A stretch of 64,000 nt of DNA from Bacteroidia bacterium (GTDB lineage: Bacteria > Bacteroidota > Bacteroidia > NS11-12g > UBA9320), in contig JAGVMN010000007.1 of assembly GCA_020053795.1 (NCBI GenBank), forward strand, positions 31,248 through 95,247. The letters run 5' to 3'. The notes below the pieces were generated by a model, which had not been told where the DNA came from, made no database searches, and worked only from the letters and a program-made list of their open reading frames with translations. The first letter of the stretch is position 1. Every line of letters starts with the position of its first letter. Below, piece after piece: positions 56,710-64,000 of the stretch. The translations under genes were made by a program, and so were the position numbers.

Positions 56710-57657
56710 ATGCTCACAAGAAGGCTCATTAGGATTAAGGTTTTTCAAGAATTGTATGCCCATCTTCAATCAAAAAATACCAGTACACAAAGTAGTCTAA
56801 ACTACCTCAAGAAATCCCTAACCGGAATCAGAGATACCTTCAATTTGGTCGTTACTTTCCCAATTGAACTTTTCCATTATGTTAAAATTCACTTTAACCC
56901 TTCCGACCGCTATTTAAACAATGAAAGCAACGGCAAACAATTTGAATTATTGACGGCCAATCGGCCATTAGAAATTCTGAAACAACATGAAGACATTAGG
57001 GATTCTATGGCAAAACCCCGCTACAATTGGTTTTTAGATTCTGACTTCCTGGCAATTATTTATAAGAAGATAGTTGCCAGCGAAAAGTTTGCCCGTTTCG
57101 TTAGCACTGATTCCACAGGTTTCAAAGAACAACAGGAATTTCTGCTTTGGCTGTATGAATTCCTCATGCGTGAATCGGAAGATTTCGATCTGAAAATGGA
57201 GGACCTTGAATTGCATTGGGGTGATGAAAAATATGCTTTGTTTCAGGGCATTAAAAAGACCGTTGAATCACTCCATGAAGATGCTAAACCTGAAGAAATT
57301 GAAATTCCTGTTTTGTCGCGAGACATTGAAGATGATCTTGAATTTGCAAGGACTCTCTTAAATACCTGTATATCAAAAGCCACGGAGTATGAAGATTTGA
57401 TTGCTTCGAAAACACCCGGCTGGGAAAGCGAAAGAATAGCCCGTCCCGATTTGATTTTAATGATTATGGCTATATGTGAATTTTTGGAATTTCCGCAAAT
57501 ACCCGTCAAAGTTACCATTAATGAATACCTCGAATTGGCGAAATTATACAGTACACCTCAAAGTTCTAAGTTCATCAATGGTATTTTAGATCGGCTTCTG
57601 AAAGATATGACTGAAGCTAAACTGATAGTTAAAAAAGGACGGGGGTTGACAGGATAA
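56710..57657 (+). CDS. nusB: Transcription antitermination factor NusB (Bacteroidetes long form)
   Basis: MLTRRLIRIKVFQ; IPVKVTINEYLELAK.YST..S.KFINGILD; K.GRGL. Confidence 0.92.
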   Translation: MLTRRLIRIKVFQELYAHLQSKNTSTQSSLNYLKKSLTGIRDTFNLVVTFPIELFHYVKIHFNPSDRYLNNESNGKQFELLTANRPLEILKQHEDIRDSMAKPRYNWFLDSDFLAIIYKKIVASEKFARFVSTDSTGFKEQQEFLLWLYEFLMRESEDFDLKMEDLELHWGDEKYALFQGIKKTVESLHEDAKPEEIEIPVLSRDIEDDLEFARTLLNTCISKATEYEDLIASKTPGWESERIARPDLILMIMAICEFLEFPQIPVKVTINEYLELAKLYSTPQSSKFINGILDRLLKDMTEAKLIVKKGRGLTG

Positions 57658-57697
57658 TGTTTTAGAATGTAAATTTGCCTGATAAATGTGTACAACA

Positions 57698-58213
57698 ATG
57701 AAAAATATATTATTCATCACATCAATTTTTGCAGTTTTTGCATGCAACCAAAAAGGATCTGACAATTCCGGATCTTCAGTTTCTAATGATGCCACCGAAC
57801 AGGTTTCCATCAATGAGGGAAGTGAGGGACAAAATATTGATCCTGACGTAATAACAAACAAAGAATCGGCATCCGGTCATAAAGGAAAACCTGCTGAACC
57901 CGTTTTTAAGTTTGAAGAAGAAGAATGGGATTTTGGAACGATTACCGAAGGTGCAAAAGTGAGTCATACTTTTCGGTTTAAAAATGTTGGCAATGCACCA
58001 TTGGTTATTCAAAGTGCAACAGCCTCTTGTGGATGCACCATTCCGAAATTTTCAAAAGAACCGATTGCACCGGGAGAAGAGGGTAAAATACCGGTCGAAT
58101 TTGACAGCAAGGGAAAAGAATCACAAATAACCAAGGACATAAACATCATTGCCAATACCAATCCGGTACAAAAAATCATACGTATTAAAGTAAACGTAGT
58201 TCCAAAAAAATAA
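57698..58213 (+). CDS. DUF1573 domain lipoprotein
   Basis: Lipobox VFAC; DFGTI, FKNVGNAPL, SCGCT; start at MKNILF after TAAATTTG (57670-57677). Confidence 0.88.
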   Translation: MKNILFITSIFAVFACNQKGSDNSGSSVSNDATEQVSINEGSEGQNIDPDVITNKESASGHKGKPAEPVFKFEEEEWDFGTITEGAKVSHTFRFKNVGNAPLVIQSATASCGCTIPKFSKEPIAPGEEGKIPVEFDSKGKESQITKDINIIANTNPVQKIIRIKVNVVPKK

Positions 58214-58217
58214 ACCC

Positions 58218-58526
58218 ATGACAAATTACACAATTCTTCTGCAAACAGGAGGCCTTAACCCCATGTACATGATAGTCCTGATGATTGTTGTGTTCTATTT
58301 TTTCATGATTCTTCCCCAGGTAAGGAGAAACAAGGCACAAAAGAAATTCAGGGAAGAGTTGTCAAAGGGGACGCATATCATTACTTCAGGGGGTATTCAC
58401 GGAAAAATTATTGAAATGAAGGAAACCACTGTGATCATAGAAACCGAAGAAGGTGGTAAGCTGAAAATTGAGAAAACAGCTATCAGTCCTGAAGCAACAC
58501 AAGCCATGAATAATCCTAAAAAATAA
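58218..58526 (+). CDS. yajC: Preprotein translocase subunit YajC
   Basis: FYFFMILPQ, ITSGGIHGKI; conserved position after nusB-DUF1573. Confidence 0.92.
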   Translation: MTNYTILLQTGGLNPMYMIVLMIVVFYFFMILPQVRRNKAQKKFREELSKGTHIITSGGIHGKIIEMKETTVIIETEEGGKLKIEKTAISPEATQAMNNPKK

Positions 58527-58570
58527 ACAATAAGTTACACTGTTACCAGAGGGATTTGCATGTATAAGCA

Positions 58571-59176
58571 ATGCACATAAGGATTGGAATTACAGGTGGA
58601 ATTGGGGTTGGAAAGAGTACAGTATGCTCTATTTTCAGGCAATTGGGGGTGCCAATTTACTATGCCGATGTGCGAGCCAAATTGCTGATGAATGAAGACA
58701 CTGATCTTAAGAAAAAAATTAAACAGGCATTTGGGTGGGATACTTATGACAAGCAAGAGAATCTCAACAGGTCATACCTGTCAAAAATTGTTTTCAATGA
58801 CCCTGCTCAACTCAACCTGCTAAATTCTATTGTTCACCCGGCGGTTTTTGATGATTACCACAATTGGGTTGATGCAAAGGCCAAAGCCGGACACGCTTAT
58901 TCAATAAAAGAGGCAGCCCTGATGTTTGAAACTGACAGCCACAAAGACATGAATAAAATAATAGTGGTTACCGCACCAATCAATGATCGGTTGGAACGCA
59001 TCATGAGACGCGATCATATAAAAAAAGATGATGTGCTTAAACGCATTGAAAGCCAGTTGTCCGACAAAGAACGATTAGAAAGGGCTGACTTTGTGATACG
59101 GAATGCAGGAAAGGATTCGGTTATTTTGCAAAGTCTGGAAATACATAAAAAAATTGTAGCTTTGACTGTCGCATAA
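58571..59176 (+). CDS. coaE: Dephospho-CoA kinase
   Basis: GITGGIGVGKST, IVHPAV, EAALMFE. Confidence 0.93.
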   Translation: MHIRIGITGGIGVGKSTVCSIFRQLGVPIYYADVRAKLLMNEDTDLKKKIKQAFGWDTYDKQENLNRSYLSKIVFNDPAQLNLLNSIVHPAVFDDYHNWVDAKAKAGHAYSIKEAALMFETDSHKDMNKIIVVTAPINDRLERIMRRDHIKKDDVLKRIESQLSDKERLERADFVIRNAGKDSVILQSLEIHKKIVALTVA

Positions 59177-59177
59177 T

Positions 59178-59693
59178 GTGAATACGCCTTTGGAACAGAA
59201 AACACCCATATTAAACCATCAGGAAGTGATTCATAAAATCACTCGAATGGCCTGGCAGATTTACGAACATTACAGCCATGAAAGCGAATTGGCGGTTGGT
59301 GGCATACAAGGCAGGGGTTTGACTTTGTCCAATTTGTTGGCCGAAGAATTAATAAAAATATCCGAATTGAAGATCATGCGGTTTGAGATTTTACTGGATA
59401 AGAACAACAAGCTTCCAGGATCAGCTAAGTTGGTTTCAACGGTGTCTTTACAGAACAAACATCTGGTTTTGGTAGATGATGTTTTAAACAGCGGAAAAAC
59501 CTTTTTCATGGCATTGTTGGCTATGGCACAATTGGGTCCTGCAAGCATTAAGACTGTAGTGCTGGCCGACAGAAATCACAAGCGTTTTCCTGTTTCAGCC
59601 GATATTGTAGGCATTTCACTATCTACCACCCTGCAGGAACACATCTCGTTCAACATAAAAGAAAATGGGGAGATGTCAGTTTGGTTGAGCTAG
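59178..59693 (+). CDS. Phosphoribosyltransferase (PyrR-like)
   Basis: RMAWQIYE, LVDDVLNSGKT PRPP loop, DRNHKRFPV. Confidence 0.85.
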   Translation: MNTPLEQKTPILNHQEVIHKITRMAWQIYEHYSHESELAVGGIQGRGLTLSNLLAEELIKISELKIMRFEILLDKNNKLPGSAKLVSTVSLQNKHLVLVDDVLNSGKTFFMALLAMAQLGPASIKTVVLADRNHKRFPVSADIVGISLSTTLQEHISFNIKENGEMSVWLS

Positions 59694-59906
59694 TTTCTTA
59701 AACATAGTTCTTCGCACTTTGTGGCAGAAAATAAATTGAATGGTATTAGTCGCTGTTTCCATTTGTTACTACTTTTTTTGTGATCAAGGGTAATAACATC
59801 CTTACCAAATGAAGATACCCATCAAAAGTCAAACTAACGCCTTTTGAATCTCTTATGACTTGGAAATAAATAGTATAAGACTCTTACAAGTCAGAATAAT
59901 AGTTGG

Positions 59907-62900
59907 CTAACGCAGAAGATTTATTACACCACCGTATTTGTATTCAATACCGGTTTTACTCACTACATTTATCTGATAAACATAAATACCCGGTAAGCAG
60001 ATTTCGCCGTTGGCAGTTCCATCCCATTCTTCATTGATATCTCTACTGCTATAAACGATCTCACCCCAACGATTTACGACTGTAATTTGGAATTTGCTTA
60101 TGTTACTGCCAATTATTTTGTAAGAATTATTGGCAAAAGGTCCTTTCTTATCCGGGCTGAATGCATTCGGAATATGTATGGTCAAATCCGAACCGATCGT
60201 CAGCCATTTTGAAAACTTGTCAGAACAATTAAATTCATTAGTTGCTGATAATGTAACCATGAAATTTCCGGTATCTCCGGGATAAGTGAAAATAGGAGCG
60301 ACTTCTCTCGAAACACCTGAACTTAGGTTGGAACCAAAATCCCAGTAATATGACTTTGCCCCAATAGACTTATTGATAAAATGAAAAGTTGGATTTTTCA
60401 TTGAAACAAATTCGTCCGGCATTGTCTCAAATAATGCAGATGGTATTGGATGCACTTTAACTATTTTGGGAAATTCATAAAAGAAGGTACATCCTTCAAT
60501 GGTTCCTATACTTAATTCTGGCGAAAAGTTCCCTTCAATCTCGTAAAGATGTTTTGGATGAGACATGCCGGAAACGTTTAACAAACCACTCAAAGAATCA
60601 CCAAAATTCCATCGATAACTTGAAATCCTTCCATTGGAGGGGTCCGCATTATGGCTAAAATATGCCCTAAAAGGTTTACACCCAACCAATGGAGATTCAA
60701 ATTCGAACTTTGGCTTTTGATGAATTTTTATCCGGTATTCTCGGTTAAACTCATAGCACAGATGCTCTGCCGGAACATTGGCTTTCAATATTACCCCCCT
60801 ATTCATTATTTCTGAGGCAGACGGTTTGTAAAATATTATTTTATTAAGAGCAGAATCTGTTTCAATACTGCCCGAACCAAAACTTACATAACCATTATGC
60901 GATTTAGAAACCAACCCTGACAAATCAATTTTATCCCCTTCACAAATCTGATCCACCAAATAATTAAATCCTGTGAAAGGACTGTCAATAACAGTTACTG
61001 TAAAACTTTTAGACTTGAAACACGCAGAACTTTTAATTTCATAATTAAGATCAAATTGGCCTTTCAATCCTTTGGGATTAAATTGTTTTCCTGAAACCCC
61101 AAGCCCGACCCACACGCCGTCAGTTGGTTCGGCTTTTAAGATGATTGGATCGTAATTTTCACAAATGGTGTCAAACTTTGTAATGAAAGTGATTTCGGGA
61201 ATACAATCGACAAAGAAATTCGCTGATTTTTTGTCATAACAGGAAAAATTGTCGTAAGTGTAGGAAAGGTCTATTTTACCACAAGCTTTTGATGAGAGTT
61301 GATTATTCAGAATCCATTGAGGCTCGTTTGAACAATACCATCCCCCGCCTTTAGGATTCACTTTTAATAATTCATTCAAATTAAGTTCGGTTCCACCACA
61401 GAAAATCACCGAAGTATCAAACGAAATCTCAACCTCATCCATAATTGTCAAATATGCCGAATCCCTCAAAATACATCCATTTGATAAAGAATTGGTCATA
61501 AATATTTTGTAAACCCCATTGGATAATAATGAGGTATTAAGGTTAAAGCGGCCAACGCCTGGATCGTATAAGGGTAAAACGCCAGTACTTTCGACATTCC
61601 AGCTAATATTTCTTGCTGCCAATGCACCTGGTTTTTCAATTATATTGTCAAGCCAAAATACACCCGCACCTTTGCATACAACTGCATCTTTGGCCACTAA
61701 CTCAGGCATTGCTTTGGCAGTTAGGCATCTGTTAATTGCTGACGTACATCCAGTGACATTATCCTCAAATGAATACTTAAAGCACAAAATCTGATTTATA
61801 TTCCTTATTAGCTTTGACTGGTCTATCATGTCCGATTCGGAAATAACATCTGCATTGTTTGACGTCCAAATACCACCGGTGGGTTCTATCTGAAACATCT
61901 TGTTTAGTCCATCTGATAATTGACAAAACTCAGGATCGGTGATTCCGCTTAACTTCGGTTTTGGGTTGATCAGAACATTAATCAAAATGGAATCAATGCA
62001 ATTCAGGCCTTCCTTGATTCCGCCTACGAATAAAGTAAAAAGTCCGGAATGAACGATTAAATCAGATTTAACTTTTAGCTCATTTTTGTCAGAGATAATT
62101 GTACCATCCTTCTTCCATGCGAATGAACTCAACTCATAACCATTGTTAATGCCTGATGAAAGCATCAACGTATCACCCTCACAAATAGCTGTTTTGCCCA
62201 ATACGCTGATTTCAAACGCCTTGAAATCTGAATAATTGAGAGTGATAGAATCAATAAACTCCCGAAAACAATTTAACGAATTCGTTACGCGAAGGGATAT
62301 ATAATATTTTCCAATACCGTTCAATCGGAACATTGGTCTTTCATCTTTTGAAGTTTCGTTATATGTATTTTCCGAATATTTTATTACCGTCCAAACATGT
62401 TCTTTGATATCATTTTGCTTTAAAACATTCTCTAAGGTTATCCATCCGCAGTCCTTTTTTACAATATTAATTTTGGCCTTGGGTGCAGGTTTCACATAAA
62501 TTTCAAAACTTCTGGAAGTAATGGCGTTTAATGGGCAATTGCCATCATTGGCAAAAACCGTAAACCGATAAGGCAGTTGTTTAGCTTCTCCCAACTTTGG
62601 TGTCCAGGAAAACTTAGCCTTAAAATTCGAATCATTGAATCTTGGCACAACAGAGAATTTTGCATCGGAAATATTCTCACTCCATGTAATCTTTAATGAA
62701 TCGTGTGTTGCAAAAGTACTGTCCAAAAACTGATAAGGGATATCCTTGACATCAATTTCAAATTGCAATTCTTCGCCCTCGCATGCTGTCATTTTCGAAT
62801 TGCTTATGGAAATCACCGGTGAATTATTCTGACCAAAATTATTTACAATATATTGCAAATCTCGCCTGACAATTCCCATGATTTCATAGGTGCCTTTAAT

Positions 62901-63755
62901 CTTTCGCCATTTAGTTACCTGAAGAACAAGTACAGCATTTTGACCGCATTTCACGGGTGTAAAAACTAAATCGCCATTTGTTGGGTTCAGAAAAATACCC
63001 TGTGGTGGATTTGAAGTCTGGTCTGGGGTACAATCTCCAACGCAATAGACGTTCAAAGGTTTCTTTCCGCTAAAGCCAGACTTGTAACTTACGGATTTGT
63101 TATAATCTGCCAATGCTGAGACTAACTCGTATGACAACGAATCTCCGTCGGGGTCCAAAGCCGACAAATTATAATAGAGTGGTTGCTGACAAAACAAAAT
63201 AGGTTGTGAAGTATTGGTCAAGATTGGAGAGCTATTTGTTTCCCAGGGATTTATTCGTGCGTAATTATAAAATGTCTGATCGCTATTTATGGTAGAAATT
63301 TCATTTGTACGCCATGAGATATTTGTGTAGAAATCAAAACTACAACCTTTATAGGATGTGTAATTTGAAAAATCGGCTTCTCCTTCAAAAACATGGGCCT
63401 CTACACCATAAGGCAAAGTGCCGCCTTTTGCACATTTAGTGGTAAAACCATTGCAAACAGTCAATATTTCTTTGATTGAAACTCTGGATAATGAGATTTT
63501 TTCAAGATCAACCCTTCCACAACTGGAATTGGGTGAAGTTGCCAGTATCAAACTGAAAGTACCGCAATCACTTGTGCTATCCCCTCCACCAGCACCCATG
63601 AGTTTACACCCGTTGCAATCTCTGAAGATAGTAACAATTACTTTGTATTTTAAACTTTGAATATGCTTATAAGTTATCTCCCCACCCATAATGTGAGATG
63701 CCCGAATTAAATTCGGGCATACAAACAGAAATAATATCAGTAAAATTTTCTTCAA
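59907..63755 (-). CDS. Large secreted PKD-domain protein with T9SS type-B (gliding-motility-associated) C-terminal domain
   Basis: Signal peptide then ASHIMGGEITY; W.FGD PKD motifs; C-terminal IPNAFSPD...NRWGE...WDG...LLR. Confidence 0.88.
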   Translation of the reverse strand: MKKILLILFLFVCPNLIRASHIMGGEITYKHIQSLKYKVIVTIFRDCNGCKLMGAGGGDSTSDCGTFSLILATSPNSSCGRVDLEKISLSRVSIKEILTVCNGFTTKCAKGGTLPYGVEAHVFEGEADFSNYTSYKGCSFDFYTNISWRTNEISTINSDQTFYNYARINPWETNSSPILTNTSQPILFCQQPLYYNLSALDPDGDSLSYELVSALADYNKSVSYKSGFSGKKPLNVYCVGDCTPDQTSNPPQGIFLNPTNGDLVFTPVKCGQNAVLVLQVTKWRKIKGTYEIMGIVRRDLQYIVNNFGQNNSPVISISNSKMTACEGEELQFEIDVKDIPYQFLDSTFATHDSLKITWSENISDAKFSVVPRFNDSNFKAKFSWTPKLGEAKQLPYRFTVFANDGNCPLNAITSRSFEIYVKPAPKAKINIVKKDCGWITLENVLKQNDIKEHVWTVIKYSENTYNETSKDERPMFRLNGIGKYYISLRVTNSLNCFREFIDSITLNYSDFKAFEISVLGKTAICEGDTLMLSSGINNGYELSSFAWKKDGTIISDKNELKVKSDLIVHSGLFTLFVGGIKEGLNCIDSILINVLINPKPKLSGITDPEFCQLSDGLNKMFQIEPTGGIWTSNNADVISESDMIDQSKLIRNINQILCFKYSFEDNVTGCTSAINRCLTAKAMPELVAKDAVVCKGAGVFWLDNIIEKPGALAARNISWNVESTGVLPLYDPGVGRFNLNTSLLSNGVYKIFMTNSLSNGCILRDSAYLTIMDEVEISFDTSVIFCGGTELNLNELLKVNPKGGGWYCSNEPQWILNNQLSSKACGKIDLSYTYDNFSCYDKKSANFFVDCIPEITFITKFDTICENYDPIILKAEPTDGVWVGLGVSGKQFNPKGLKGQFDLNYEIKSSACFKSKSFTVTVIDSPFTGFNYLVDQICEGDKIDLSGLVSKSHNGYVSFGSGSIETDSALNKIIFYKPSASEIMNRGVILKANVPAEHLCYEFNREYRIKIHQKPKFEFESPLVGCKPFRAYFSHNADPSNGRISSYRWNFGDSLSGLLNVSGMSHPKHLYEIEGNFSPELSIGTIEGCTFFYEFPKIVKVHPIPSALFETMPDEFVSMKNPTFHFINKSIGAKSYYWDFGSNLSSGVSREVAPIFTYPGDTGNFMVTLSATNEFNCSDKFSKWLTIGSDLTIHIPNAFSPDKKGPFANNSYKIIGSNISKFQITVVNRWGEIVYSSRDINEEWDGTANGEICLPGIYVYQINVVSKTGIEYKYGGVINLLR

Positions 63756-63790
63756 TTTATTTTGCCTTTAAATCACAACACATTTTCATT

Positions 63791-63824
63791 AAACCGCAGA
63801 TATCAATGAAGTTATCTGCGGTTT
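63791..63824. terminator. Intergenic hairpin, probable terminator
   Basis: AAACCGCAGATA / TATCTGCGGTTT 12-bp inverted repeat. Confidence 0.65.
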
Positions 63825-63842
63825 TGGTTTATTGATTTAAAT

Positions 63843-64000
63843 TTACCTCAACAGGGTCACCGTTCCATCGTATTTGTAAACCTTGTTGTCCATACTGGTA
63901 ACAATCACATGGTAGGCATATACATCCTGTTGGCAGATAACTCCTTTGTAGGTTCCATTCCAACCTATTCTAATATCATCGCTCTCGAACAATATCTCTC
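63843..64000 (-). CDS. C-terminus of another T9SS type-B sorting-domain protein (partial)
   Basis: Manual translation EILFESDDIRIGWNGTYKGVICQQDVYAY...GTVTLLR*. Confidence 0.8.
   Translation of the reverse strand, partial: EILFESDDIRIGWNGTYKGVICQQDVYAYHVIVTSMDNKVYKYDGTVTLLR

Noticed and set aside
268..63660. Numerous 60-170 aa ORFs antisense to or nested in long genes
   Set aside because: They overlap well-supported CDSs and show no recognisable motifs; treated as shadow ORFs.

Overview
Bacteroidota (Bacteroidetes) chromosomal segment, judged from TAnnTTTG -7 promoter elements, the nusB-DUF1573-yajC-coaE gene order and T9SS C-terminal domains. Bases 1-3.6 kb hold a Crp/Fnr-associated sulfur/persulfide-type cluster. 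Bases 3.8-44.4 kb are a minus-strand surface-glycan locus of about 40 kb. It encodes 16 GT2/GT4/GT47 glycosyltransferases, a phosphoglycosyltransferase, Wzm/Wzt plus a Wzy/ligase-like protein, three sugar aminotransferases, a WbqC/ATP-grasp module and an ACP/acyl-CoA-ligase/FabG/GNAT module. Two foreign-looking insertions interrupt the locus. One is a small integron-cassette-like array (attI-like site, lipoprotein, attC-like hairpin, MntA-HepT toxin-antitoxin) with no integrase in the window. The other is a PIN-GNAT-(EVE-like) + ASCH gene pair wedged into the acyl module. Bases 44.4-49.8 kb are an accessory, partly decayed zone: short tandem repeats, palindromes, a chimeric four-helix-bundle gene, a thermonuclease, a pseudoknot-like element and a DUF1016 pseudogene. 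Bases 49.8-64 kb are mostly housekeeping genes (cysteine desulfurase, speB, an atypical efp, folE, queD, ECF sigma, nusB, yajC, coaE), with IS1595 and ISAs1 remnants and two T9SS type-B cargo genes. No rRNA, tRNA or CRISPR array was seen. All functional calls come from motif recognition by eye, not database searches.
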